Assembly: GCF_018977255.1 (NCBI RefSeq)
Contig: NW_024704743.1
Coordinates: 100,690,001 to 100,754,000, forward strand
DNA: 64,000 nt
Source of the DNA: Callorhinchus milii
Taxonomy: Eukaryota
Direction of reading: 5' to 3'
Below, piece after piece: positions 25,676 through 39,000 of the stretch. Both the position numbers and the translations under genes were made by a program. The notes beneath the pieces were generated by a model. It did not search any database, had not been told where the DNA came from, and saw nothing but the letters and a program-made list of their open reading frames with translations. The stretch's first letter is position 1; every line of letters starts with the position of its first letter.

Positions 25676-28600
25676 AGTATGTAATCTTGTTAAAATGTGG
25701 GAATGCCTTTGGCAACATCAATTCTCATGTTAAATTGAATCAGTGGATATCAACTATACTGTTCAACTGGCAGGTGACGTACCATCAACATTCTGTATTT
25801 CATTTAGAAAATCTGCTCCCAACAGAAGTACCTTCAGACTGACTGTGATTGCTTTACACCGCTGGTTGCAGTTAACCTATAAGCAGTACACTGCCGTTGG
25901 AATTACTTTCCTCTCCAGGGAATTATTCTCTTCCTCCAGATTCTGTGATTAGGCAAATGGAATCTCATCCATAATTTAACATATCGCTCTAGTATGCATC
26001 AATGCCAGGGATTTTTAGTTGCTGCAGATTGCGGTTGTCATCCTATTGAGATTTATCATTCTTCTGATTTCAGTCCAGTTTATTCATGTGTCTCTTTCCA
26101 CTTCACTTTTTGTAGCCTGGAATCTAATGCTCCATATTTTCTTCACAACTTATTAAATTGTTGGAATTTTTTTTCGTTTTTGCTGCTGGCAGCTGGTAAA
26201 GGTAAATATTTCAGTGACATATTCATCTTCACAAGCCTTCATTAAGTAAACATTACAACATAAGCATATGGATCATTTCATTCAGAACAGATTTAATTTA
26301 AGATGTTTTATTTGAAAGTTGTCTTTCTTAGGTAAACCCGGATTGCTCAATAAGAAATAAGAATATTCTTTAAGGGAGTTTAGAAGGAATGTCTTTACAC
26401 AGCAGTTGGCAAGAATGTGGAATTGTCATTAGCTGTGGTTCAATCAGAAAGTATTTAAGAGGGAGCCTTGTGTGCAGTACATATATATATATATCTTTAA
26501 AAAATTGGTCACTCTATCCATGACTGTTTGTGGGACACTGCTGTATGCAATTGGCTGCTGCATTTCACCCACAAAATATACAGTCAATTCATTTTACGGT
26601 ATATACTGTGAAGCATTTTGAGACATCTCGAAGACCTGATAAGGAGCTATATCAAACACAAGGATGTTATTATAAACACCAGCATGGACTAGTTGAGCCG
26701 AAGGACCTATTTTGCCCAGAGGTAACATCACCCACCTCTGCCTGTATCCTGGATTCCCTCCGCCATGCCTCTTCCTTTCCCACCTTTAAAATCTGCCGTA
26801 AGACCTTTCTTTTAAACTGCACTTTTGATCAGTTATGTCACCTATTTGGATCTGTGAAGCACATTGAGACGTACTTTCTTATTGGCATTTTCAGAGGTTT
26901 CAGCTCAACATCTGCTAACGCTTGGTGCAAGATTCATACATAGCTATGATGTGTTTTAATGTGACTTGATTCGGGAGGCACTGAATGCTCCATTCTCCTA
27001 GGTAAGTAACACATCCAGTGGCAGCTGATTCATCAGTAAATACGTGGTATGGAGGGAACAGGGAAGAGTCCACTCTTCTGGATGCAGAAAATTAACTTGT
27101 GGCCGAGCAGCTGTAGAAATCTAGAAATTAAGCGAATGCAGAACTGGAACGGAAAGGAAATAGCAGCTGTATGGGTAAATACTTACTATTGGATCAACCC
27201 TCATATGTCTTGGCTAAACACACTGCTCTGAGGTTCTTATCATTGCTGCCAGTGAGATGAGGTTATTAAAAATGTTTTAGACACTAATCACAGTGAAACA
27301 AAAGGCTTGTGATCAGATGCCAAACAGATGGATCATATTAAACACCAATGGCAAGGAGCAGATGCATTACAAATGGACCAGCTAAGCCCAGGTCACCCAG
27401 TGCAGTCATTCTGAATTTGCTGGCTATTCACAGAATAAGTTCTCAAAACCATACTTAAATTGTTTCCTTGATGTTGTAGCCTTCAAATAACACAAAATGA
27501 AAAGATATAAAACTGACTCCAACTTATGACCAATGAACAATGACTGGCCCAGGTTATAGGATCCTCCTCTTTGACCTTGCCCTCCCCCCCCTAAGCTCGG
27601 CATCAAGTTCCTCCACTGTTAAGTGCTCCAAGATGCTACCCATGTGAAGGCACTATATAAATGCAAGTTGTTGTTTCCACAGAGCCGACTGATTGATTGA
27701 TTTAATTTATTGGTCAGGCCGGTGTTTCACACATGGGAAACTCATCACCATGCTTAACAATATCCAAACCTGAGAGTTCCACACATGGAAGGAAATTTGC
27801 ATTTGTCTGGAAATCAGCAGAGTTTAACCAGCTAAAGCTGCATAGTTTGCCATTGACTGAACTGTCTGGCAAGCTTCCCTAATGACCATCCTACTTGTTA
27901 GGGTTTTGGCTTGTGGGATTAGCTTAGTTGGAAGAAAAGAATACCTACCCCACTCTGCCCCTCCAAATCATGCCAGCAAACATACCGGCTGCTCTGTTAT
28001 CAGCAGTACCTTGGAGTACATGTGGCTCAGGAACCAAGCTACCAATAACACCACCAGAGGTTGCCAAGCACATCACAAGCAAGGCTGGCAGGATCCAAAT
28101 GGGGGAAGTATCCCAGCCCCCATTAACTGGCTTGCTCCTTCAAGTCCTACTATTGAGATCAGCTGCCTGGTCTGTCATCAACAGTGCCTTGGAATATTAC
28201 CAAGAATGCACCTGAAAGACATATGGTCTGAAGCATTTTTTAAGATTTCATCTTTTCTTAATCAATGGAGGCTTGGCCACATCACGTCAGTATGATTCAA
28301 TGATAATGAGAGGTGTCAGCCTGGCTTGGTTGGTAGCACTCTCATCTCTGAATCAGAGGGATGTGGATTCAAGCCCCTCATTGGTATTTTGAACTCAATA
28401 CAAGCTGACACCCCAATGCAATGCTAGGGTGCTATGCTTTGTTGTAATCCTTCAGATGAGCATTAAACAGAGGTCCTGCCTGTGCCTGTACAGGTAAATG
28501 CTAAAGATCCCATGGTACTATTCAAAAAGAGAAGGGAGTTTCTCCCAGTGTCCTGGCCAACAATCCCTCAGATAAAATTGGCCACTCAATCCATAGCTGC

Positions 28601-30924
28601 TTGTTGGAAATTGTTGTGTGCAAATTGGCTCCAATATTAGCCTGAAAATACACACAGTCATATCACTTTACAGTATATCCTGTGAAGCTCTTTAAGATGT
28701 CTCGTTACCATGATATCAAATCCAAAGATTATTATTATATGAAATTGGTCAATCGCTCTATGACGGTTTGTGGTACATTGCTATGTGCAAATTGGCTGCT
28801 GCATTTGCCCACAGTCACTAAATCAGTAAATTTTGCAAAGTGTTTTGAGACGTTTTGATGTCATAATAAGGCGCTGTATCTAGTGTAAGGATTATTATAT
28901 TATTTAGGAAAAAGCTGATTCATTCATTGCCTTTACAGAAAAGCAAGATTATGCTGCAAGAAAGCTTTTTATAAGCATAAAAGGTGTCAAAGTGTAGTAT
29001 TTACTAACCAGGAATTGCTGTAATAAAAGTGACTTCTGTTTTGCACATTTTGTTAACATTGTGTCCCAAGTTGCAAGTTCTCAGAATGTAGCTCTAGTCA
29101 TAAAACACAATAGCTAAATCCTATCCGTAAAATCGCAAGCCACGGGGAAAACAGGCAATTTCTATTCCTGACATTTCCTTACTCAGGGGAAACAAATTTA
29201 GAATAAGATACTGAAAGAAATCTAATGGCTAGATTAATATTTTAAAAGCACACTGTTTAAATCTAACAGCATTGGAGTACTTCACAGAACCTACCAGAGT
29301 AATTAGATACATTAAGACAGGCAGAGGTTTAACTGTCTTTAAGTTACACCCTCCTAAAGGCATTATTAATGCAAATGTCCTAATGGTATATTACTCTTTA
29401 TTGATATGACTGATTCAATTTCTTGCCTCGGAACAAAACAATAATATATTTTATTTAAAAATCTCATTGTTTCGTAGTCATTGTCTCATGTAAAAGGCAA
29501 ACAAAACAATGTGTTTTTAGCAGCACAGTAAATTTACTGCACCTAAATCTAGCATTTGAAAACTTCCCCAAAAAGCCACTGAAAGAATTTTATTTTCTGA
29601 ACCTTTTTCTGACTCTCCACTCCATTGCCACTGTGTGGCTGAAAATTAAATGCACTATAATAATATGTGCAATCTCAAAACCATCTGGATGCAATTTTCA
29701 CTTGAGACAAGATTGTAGTAATACTATAAAATATACTTGCATTCAATATAGCATCTTATCACATCATCAAAACATTTCAAAAGCTTCACAGGATATATGG
29801 CTAAGTGATGTGACTATTTTGTGGGTGAAAGAGGCAGCCAATTTGCCCACAGCAATGTCTGACAACAAAATTTTAAAACTAGAGTAACTGATAAATCTTG
29901 TTAAGCAAAAGTCAACAGTAAAGACTATGCCACATTCTCCAGTATATTTGATAGGCATTATTGATTTCTTGATTCTGGTAAAACATAATAATCTGTTAAT
30001 ATTTGGAAGTTGATCTGGATCGGAGCTGCAATATGTATCACTGCCATTAAATCTTAACCTTTTCATATCAGATCTATTACAACATCATATCAATTTCCCA
30101 TAGTGTTCCTAGCCTTTGTTGTGCTGTTACAGATATTTGTCCTTGGGACGTCCTCCCGACGTGAAAGGCACTATACAAATGTAATTTTGTTGTTGTTGTT
30201 TATTGCATAATAACAACAAGCTACAAAAGACATCAAACAGACTTACAAGATACTACCTTCACACAGTCACAGCTGCACCAATTTTTCAGTGTCATATTCA
30301 AATTGATTCTCTCTCCCTACCCCCCATATTGTAGCTACCCAATTTAGTGACCTTTTCCACAGAGCAGATCATTAGGTGTTCTTAAATATACTACCAGGTT
30401 TGAATGTGAGTACTGAATTTATTTCAGTTCATAAATTTGCATTCATTGGACTCCTGATCTCAACAGTTCCATTGGAAGCAGAACATGACACCATGAAAAT
30501 AAACCAGAAAAATGGAGCTACAGATTGTTCTAAAGAAGAGGCCCTTTGGGGAATTATTGGGTCTGTGAAGCTTTCAAATCTCCTCATAAAATTCTCTCTT
30601 TGTACAACAAATGTTCTGGATCCTGGATTAGCATATTGATGAGAAAGCATATGACAGGCTATTTCTGCTGATACACAGTTACTAATTGCAGAGATCTTTA
30701 CTGACAGTTTAGAAAAGGGTGAAACTTGTTTAGGCATTGCTGTGGAAATAGGGATATTGATGGTGTTACTAATTGTCACATTAATGTGCCTTTACTAGAA
30801 CTTGTGCTTCCATTTGGGTGGACTGACTTTGTAAATTCTAGTTTTATGCATTTTTTAAAACCCCGTCAAGACTGTTTAATCTGGACAGTCGAGCCTTGAT
30901 TGTAAGAAGTGAGAGTGCTACCAC

Positions 30925-31225
30925 CAGGTTAGAGCACTCGCCTTGCAAGCGAGACACCTGGGTTCAATTCCAGGCCGGGCGAAACCTTGGGCAAGTGTCC
31001 TTACTCCACACGCCTAATAATAATCCCTCCAAAACAAAATAATAATAAACTGGTTATTTTTCAGTCCATGTCTGTTTGTAGGACACTGCTGTGCGCAATT
31101 GGCTGCCGCGTTTCGCCCACAAATATACGGTCAATTCACTTTGCAGTCTATTCTGTTAAGCGCTTTGAGATGTTGAGAAGACGTGAAAAGCGCTATATCA
31201 AATGTAAGGGATTATTATTATTATA
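30925..31225 (+). mobile_element. Young tRNA-Ala-like SINE, slightly 5'-truncated
   Basis: Matches the family from ggttagagcactcgc to the (tat)n tail. Confidence 0.85.
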
Positions 31226-31586
31226 ATCTCCGTACATTACATTGCCAACATGCACTGCATCCCTTTCACATGCTCAAACTCCATAAATCAAACTGTCCGT
31301 GTTATTTTTTCTTTGAAACATGTTAAAAGTATAGTATGCAATAGGTACTTGTTTACCTGTTTAAACTGTAATAACTACAACAATTGTGTGAGTTTAACTC
31401 CATTTCCCATGATCAAAAAGTTCCCTGGTTTAGATGGAGGATTCCATAGTGCTCCAGGCCCTGCACTCTTCAGCTTCAAGAATTCAGCAAAATTAAACTT
31501 TCAGTACAATATTTCTTGCAAACCAAATGGTAATCCATATGAGCATAGTTTGTTCCAAGTTATTTTAAAAAATCGATTATGTTTAC

Positions 31587-31630
31587 CTTCTGCAGCAGAT
31601 TCAATTCGGTAAGCACGTCCTCTCATCTGT
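31587..31630 (-). CDS. Candidate alternative upstream exon of AKAIN1 (MRGRAYRIESAAE + G)
   Basis: Pyrimidine tract and ttcag acceptor, ATG at 31626, 13 codons plus 1 nt, then donor gaag|gtaaac. Phase 1 is compatible with exon 2. No homology support. Confidence 0.3.
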
Positions 31631-31886
31631 CTGAATTTGAGCAAAGGTCAAACGAAAGAATGAAACAAGATCAATAGAAGGCTTTGCTGTGAACTGTGAG
31701 ACAGAAAGCTTCCCTTGGCTCCCCAAGGTCACACTCTGCAAACTGGCAGATGTCTGTAATGGAAGATGAATGCACACTTATGGAATCTTAAATAATTTGT
31801 CTCATCTCCTTTCTGTAGTATGAATTCTTTTGTTCGAGTTTACATCGACTGTGAGGTTATGTTACAAATGTTATTGCACATGTACT

Positions 31887-32825
31887 TTGTTTGAAAATAT
31901 ATATTTATTTATAAATATAATATTTAGTTCAACAGAAATCCAAAACAAAACACATCTTCTGTTACAATTTTTTCCTTTTTTTCTCCCAAAACAAAACATT
32001 CCATTGCTTACGGTACATTCCTTCCCCGCACATAGGTTGTCCACACATTTTTTTTTGGGACACTCCCTTTAACACATTCGGGAGTCGCCCCTGTGTACAC
32101 CCACCCATGTGCGCACCCGCACACACCCTGATAAGGTGCACTTGCTGCTTTCGGAAGGCACCATGATATGAAACGTACATGCATATGTTTATCGTACATA
32201 CAATAACAACAACTCGGATTTATATAGCACCCTCCACGCCAGACAGCTTCTCAGAGTGCTTCACAGTAACGGATCCCGGGACCGAGCCAGGGGGATGGGA
32301 AGGAAGGTGACAAAAGGCGCGGTCGAAAAGAAAGGTCTTCAGCAGGGAACTGAAAATAGGAAGAGAGGGGGCGAGGCGAAGGGAGTGAGGAAGGGAGTTC
32401 CAGAGCCTCGGGGCAAAGTGGCTGAAGGCACAGCTGCTGAGGGTGGAGCGGAGGACTCGGGGGACAAGGAGGAGGCCAAACCCAGAGGAACGAAGGCATC
32501 GGGCGCTGTTTTGAGGGGAGAGGTCAGAGAGGTAGGGGGGTGCATACATCTTTAGGACGTTCTTTGGTTACATCTCGAGCATCTTTCTGTACCCTTTCTT
32601 CAGTCAGTTTTGGGTGAGCTGTGGGCTAACTGGTGGGTGCGCCCTGAGCGGTTTGTGTGGGAGTGGCTCCAGCCGGGTTGAGCCAAACTTCAGCTTGTCC
32701 CTCAGTATATAGTCCCCGATCCTAGATTGCGCACGCCTGAGGCAGGCCCTCACTGTCCCCCTGTTCTGCTAGAAGAACAACCAGTTTCAGGAGTGCCAAG
32801 GGCCTCCTTTACCGAGTTTATGATA
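31887..32825 (-). mobile_element. Tx1/L1-clade LINE 3' fragment (ORF2 C-terminus plus 3' UTR), interrupted by L2
   Basis: With one frameshift and two stops, it reads IINSVKEAL/WHS*NWLFF*QNRGTVRACLRRAQSRIGDYILRDKLKFG, resembling recalled Tx1-type ORF2 ends. An AATAAA and A-rich end lie near 31900. Confidence 0.6.
32198..32549 (-). mobile_element. L2 LINE 3' fragment
   Basis: APPYLSDL...AFSHFAPRLWNSLP...LKTFLFDRAF. Same subfamily as 57330-58430. Confidence 0.85.
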
Positions 32826-33993
32826 CTCACATGTATTGTTGTGCACTGGGTGTCAAGCTGGCTCAATTGCCAGCACTCTCACGGCTGAGGGAGAAGGTTT
32901 TGGGTTCAAACTCCACATTAGGATATTAACGAGTTCACATACGAGCTTGACATTCCAGTCCAGTCCTGGAGGTGCACTGAATTATTGGGGCAGCCATCCT
33001 TCGGATGAGATGTTAAACTGAGGTCCTGTCTGTGCCTGTTCAGGTGGATGTTAAAGATCCCATGACACTATTTGAAGAGAAGGGAGTTTCTCCTCATGTC
33101 CTGGCCAACAATTCCCACAGATAAAATTGGTTCACAAGATTTACTACATATTGACTGTGTATTTTGTTGGCAAACATGACAGCCAATTTGCACACAGAAG
33201 TAAATAGACATTTTTTATCTGGGAGATTGTTGGGCAGGATAAGACAAACAAGGTGAAAGATTTTATGCAGTTCAGTGGAGAACAAATAATTTAAAGATAG
33301 CAAATGTCAGCAGATGGAAAGGTTCACATTGATGAAGCTTTTAGAATAATGATTCACAGTACTTGCAGTTCATGGTTGTGATATCAAGATACTGTGTGTT
33401 TTGTTCAGATCAATCTTTTTGCTGCAGCCATTTCTTTTTTTCAAGCTTCTGCTTATGAATAATGTGAACTTTTATACTAAACACAAGTCCACCAGTTCTA
33501 GTTGGCGTTGCACATTAGTGTGTTATACTGTGCAGTGGATGCTTTAAGGCAGGCTCCCATGTAGATTTTGCTGATCTGGTTGCTCCCAGCAATAATAATA
33601 ATAATCCTTGCCTTTGATATAGCTTCTTATCACATCTTTGAGATGTCTCAATTTGCTTCTCAGAATATACTGTAAATTGGATTAACTGTATATTTTGTGG
33701 GTGAGCTCAGAAACAATATAGCTCAGAAACAATGTTTGGCAATAGGGTAATCAGGTTAACCTCCTGCTGGTTACTCCTCTGTATCATGATGGAGAACACA
33801 ATGCACACACTAGGCGAAAAAAATCATTTGAGATGAAAAGTTTTTTGTTGGTCCACACATTATGATAGGGATTTTGTCATTTGCTATTGAGATTTATTGT
33901 AGCTCAAAGTCGCATTTTCAAGACTGAGGTGGATAAATATTTGTCAGGATATTATAGGATATGGGGCAAGGGTGGGAATTGGACTCAAGGTAC

Positions 33994-35381
33994 TGTTGAA
34001 ATATACTGACTATCACCTTGGGATACATTGGTGTATTGATAGTAGCAACCGAATGTTCCAGAATAATTGGGGGTTAAAAGTAGTTTTGCTGGACGGGTTG
34101 AGGTCAGCTTCTGATTACAGTTCATATTTTCTGGGAATATGTTCACTCCTCTGAGATAATGAGCAATGGGTCCTTGAGCATAGATGTAAGAGCAATGGAC
34201 CACAGAAAGAAAAGGCTGCAGCCTCAGACACCTGCCTATCTCAAGGCTGAGAAGCAAGCAGGCTGTGGAAAGCTGCCCAGAAGTTGTCCGTCTCTCTCTC
34301 TCTGCAAAGCAGCCTGTGAAGGGTGGGGCTATCTCTGTGACAAGGGGAGGTGGAGTTAGAAACACATAAAAGATGTAACTTTGAAATAGTTGGAGTTGTG
34401 TAGAGGGTCAGCACACTTCCCAGTGGAATCAATATCGATTCTACTGTATCTATGTATATGTACAGGGGTGAGGGAATTTACCTCCAGGAAGAAAGTGACC
34501 ATTAAAAGTGAGAGAAGTAGTGGGTAATATGTTTTCAGTTCTGTTTGTTAGGCAAAGAAGTAATAACAGTAGTGGTTGGTCCGTTTGAAACGCAGAAGTT
34601 AGGCACCACGAGTGAGGTGCTGGACTAAGAGCTGATTGTTTCTGTTGAGTTTACAGGAGCCACTCTGTGATTCTGTGTGATAGTTCTGTGATTAAGTATT
34701 GTTTCTATAGGATTGGTTGTGTCTGAGGGTTTACTGTGGAGTCCTGTAGCTCAGTGGTTAGAGCACTCGCTTTGCAAGCGAGAGACCTGAGTTCAATTCC
34801 AGGCAGGACGAAACCTTGGGCAAGTTTCCTTACTCCACATGCCTAATAATAATCCCTCCAAAAAAACAAAAAACAATAATAAAATTGGTCATTTTCAATG
34901 TACGACTGTTTGTGGGACATTGCTGTGCGCAATTGGCTGCCGCGTTCGCCCACAAATATACAGTCAATTCACTTTACAGTGTGTTCTGTGAAGCGCTTTG
35001 GGACGTCCTCCCGACGTGAAAAGCGCTATATCAAATGCAAGGATTATTATTATTATTACTGGGTGCCAGTCCCTATTAAGTGTTGAACTGCATAATCAAG
35101 TTGTCCCTGAGAGATTTCCAGAGGTTGAGCTCTGCTGTGTATGTTGAGGTGTGTTTTCGGGCTTTTTGTTTTGTCTGCAGTACTGGGCAATTCTTGAGTG
35201 CATGGCTGTTGTTTCTCAATTATTTGATTTGTGTATCTGTGTTGTTGTATAGTGCGGACTATTGTTTTGTTATATGGTCATATAGTTTGAATACAGATTG
35301 GATTGTTGAACTTTATCATTTGTCTTATACATATATATTTAATATTAGTGGATTAAACACTACTCTTACCAATTATTAACA
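33994..35381. mobile_element. Probable solo LTR (about 1.07 kb net) inserted in a CR1 3' end
   Basis: Begins TGTT and ends AACA, with a 4-bp TSD GTAC at 33990-33993 and 35382-35385. The flanks rejoin into a CR1 3' UTR. Confidence 0.7.
34738..35058 (+). mobile_element. Young tRNA-Ala-like SINE, full length, inside the solo LTR
   Basis: Near-consensus copy with CpGs retained; ttactg at both junctions. Confidence 0.9.
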
Positions 35382-36346
35382 GTACAGATCAGGATCTTAC
35401 AGAACAGGCTCGTGGGGCTGAATGGAATACTCCCATTTCTATATTTCTAAACATCTATAAACAACAATTTACATTTATGTAGCACTTTTCACATAGGGCG
35501 GACATCGCAAAGCACTTCACACAGCTGACTGGAAGCTGAGCAGGAGGGGGCAAGGTGACCCAAAGCATTCAAAAAGATAGGTCTTAAGGCAGGAAAGGCG
35601 ATGGCGATTCAGAGGGCCTATGGGATGGAGTTCCGGTGAGGATAGATTGCCTGTAAACACATGCAACAATCGTGGGATGGATTGCACAGGAGCCATGGAG
35701 TATGCTTATAATATATAATAGTTAGCGAGATCCAGTGAACTTCATTTGGTCTCTGTCAGCAGTGATCCACCCAGTGTTAATTCTGAAGATCACTCAAGGT
35801 TCATCTCCTACCGAGTCCAGTAGAGGCAAAACATTCTAGGGAGGGGCAATCATTGATTGCTGATGGAACCAAGTGAAAATGAGACACAACACAGAAATCT
35901 GCTTTTAAATATGCCTGATGCACTGACAAGTTACCGTCTTGTGTTGTTAGCAGGATATCATGTCACTATTGCAAGATGCAGACACCGTAGTTGCTGAACA
36001 ATTTAAAGTTTTCTTTCATCCATCAATTGAAAGATGAATCAATTATCTGACAGGAATGATGCAAAGATTTAGTACTGAAATATCAATTTGAAATTCTTTT
36101 GTTTGTTTTGAAGGGCAACCTTAGGGTCCCTGAACTCTACGCAATTTAAAACCCACAAAAGCCTGTTGAACACCTCTGAGTGATGGCAAACCAATCTGGA
36201 ATATCACCTTCTCAAAATAAATCCATAGGGTATGTCAGGCAAGATCTCGTTAGAAATCACACTGGATGAAATTTGTTATTTTTCAAGCTACCTCTGCAAC
36301 TTCCTTCAACCCTACCAACCCAGCCACTCCCTTCGCTCAGTAAGTG

Positions 36347-36670
36347 AAGTCCTGTAGCTCAGTGGTTAGAGCACTCGCTTTGCAAGTGAGAGACCTAAGA
36401 TCAATTCCAGACAGGGCGAAACCTTGGGCAAGTTTCCTTACTCCACACGCCTAATAATAATCCATCCAAAAAAAAAAAACCAAACAATAATAAATTGGTC
36501 ATTTTCAATCTACGACTGTTTGTGGGACATTGCTGTGCGCAATTGGCTGCCGCGTTCGCCCACAAATATAGTCAATTCACTTTACAGTGTGTTCTGTGAA
36601 GCGCTTTGGGACGTCCTCCTGACATGAAAAGCGCTATATCAAATGCAAGGATTATTATTATTATCATCAT
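36347..36670 (+). mobile_element. Young tRNA-Ala-like SINE, full length
   Basis: Family head, core and tail, followed directly by an L2 3' fragment to about 36925. Confidence 0.9.
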
Positions 36671-37905
36671 CACGCCTGGGCTATCAAGCCATTCTGCCTC
36701 CACCCTCCAGGACTCTATCCAAAGTCCCTCCGACTCGCTCACTCCCCTCTTTCTTAGCCCATCTCAAAATGTTCCTCATTGAATACACATTCGATCATCC
36801 TTTCCCCTGCTCACCCTCCTTGCCTCCCCGCCCCCAGCTCGGGTGCCCAAACAGCACCGTGAATGCACTTTGGGATGTCCTCCCAACATGAAAGGTGCTA
36901 GATAAATGTAAATTGTATTGTTGTTTCATACAGGGTACATCTCTTTAAAAGAACCAGGGTACTAAAGCCATCTCTAATACTAACTATAGAACCACCTAAT
37001 AATAATAATCCTTGCATTTGGTAGTGCTTTTCATGTCTTCTAGACATTCTCAAAGTGCTTCATAGAATATATACTATGAAGTGAATTGACTATATTTGTG
37101 GGCGGAATGTGTCAGCCAATTGCACACAGAGTCCCACAAACAGCCGTAGATTGAAGTGATCAAATTATTTTTTTTTAAAGAATTTTTATCCCTGGAAAGA
37201 GATCCACCGATCAACCAGATTCCTCCTTATTGCAAGGTAAACAGAAGCATGTGGAGTAACAAAACTTGCCCAACATTTCGCCCTGCCGGGAATAGAATTC
37301 AGATCTCTTGCTTGCGAGGCGAGTGCTCTTACCACTGAGCTACAGGGTAATATCACAAAAACTGAAGTCAAATGTATTTTAATTTTACATATTTTTCACC
37401 AACAATAATAATAACAATGAGGCGTATCCAATAAAAACAACTTGCATTTATGTAGCGTCCTTCTCACAGGCTACCGTCTCGGACCATTTAGCCCATGGTA
37501 CCATTCAGTCCAGTCTGTAACTTGTTAAAAAGTAACACATCTGACAAATTTTCACGTTTCTCACTAGTGCAGCTTTCCTTAGTTTTGACATAGCATTGGG
37601 GGCTATCTTGAGCCTACTACAGATTGATGGGTAGATCACAAGGACATTCTAAAAGCAATAACTTGTATTTATACAGGGTTAATCCAAAGTCCTTACTCAC
37701 AGGACTATGAGATGTTCAAATTGTATGTAGATGTTTACACGTATCAACTCGGTGACAAAAACTTTCACTAACGTGATGGAAGTCACTTCCTGTAATAGCT
37801 TACACACTCTCAACGAATATTGTCTTAAAAAAGAACATAATTAATAATTAAAAATATGAGTAAGGACGTCTAATTCACCTTGTACAGTACCTTTCACGAG
37901 GCTGC

Positions 37906-39000
37906 ACAACAACAACAAAATTGCATTTATAGAGCGCCTTTCATGTTGGGAAGACGTCCCAAAGCCCTGAACAGTCAGGTGTCGGGGCCCGAGCATAGGG
38001 TAGAGGTGGTGTTGGGGTGAGAGAAGGCAGAGAGGTGGGAGGGAGACCAAAGGCACGGTCGAAGAGAAGGGTCTTGAGACCAACCTTGAGGAGGCAAGGG
38101 AGGAAGCGAGGCGAAGGGACCGTAGGATGGAGTTCCAGACTGTGGAGGCAGAGAGGCTGAAAGCCCGGCCACCTATGGTAGGGCGGGTCGGGTGGGAGAC
38201 ATGGAGCCGACCGGAGCCCGCTGAACGGAGGGAGCGGGCAGTTTGGCAGGGAGTCACAGGTCAGAGAGGTAGGAGGGGGCAAGGCCATGAATGGCCTTGA
38301 AAGTGAGGACGAGGATCTTGAACTCGATCCTCTGGGGAATGGGGAGCCAGTGGAATCGGGCGAGGGTGGGAGTGATGGGGTCTCGGAGCCTGGTGCATGA
38401 GAGTACACGAGCTGCACAGTTTTGGATGATCTGCAGCTTGTGAAGAGTTGGGAAGGCCGACAAGGAGGGTGTTTCCGTAATCAAGCCTTGAAGTGATGAA
38501 TGCGAATGCAAAGAAATTTACCCAATGTCTGCAGATGATGTCACCAAGGGGGAGCATGCAGAGGGTGAAGAGGAGGAGACCGAGGACAGAGCCCTGAGGA
38601 ACATCGCACGAGACGCCGCTGGAGGAGAAGCCGTTTACTGCGATGAAGTGGAGTCAGTGTGAAAGGTAGGATTTGAACCAGTCAAGGACAGAACCTTGAA
38701 AGTTGAGGTGGGAGGAGAGGCGGTGGAGGAGGATTGAGTGGTCCACGGTGTCAAAGGCAGCGGAGAGGTCGAGGAGAATGAGGAGACAGAGGGAGCCCTG
38801 GTCACGCATGGTCAGGATGTCATTTGTGACCTTGACCAGAGCAGTTTTGGTGCTGTGGGCAGCACGGAAACCCGATTGGAGGGGTTCATGGAAGGAGTGA
38901 GAGGAGAGGAAAGAACGAAGCTGGGAGGCAACAGCTCTCTCAAGGACCTTGGATATGAAAGGGAGGTTTGAGATGGGCCGGTAGCTAGATAGCTGTGATG
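37906..39000 (-). mobile_element. L2 LINE, about 1.1-kb decayed fragment with RT remnants
   Basis: Includes [53 protein letters not shown] and the tail, with internal deletions. Confidence 0.9.

Noticed and set aside
27882..28295. Overlapping plus-strand ORFs of 137 and 95 aa
   Set aside because: No recognisable domain or splice structure. A diverged internal repeat suggests old repeat-derived or random sequence.
30376..30779. ORFs on both strands (87 and 116 aa), examined as possible AKAP7-like exons
   Set aside because: No similarity to the 2H-phosphoesterase motifs, non-ATG starts, and no compatible splice sites.
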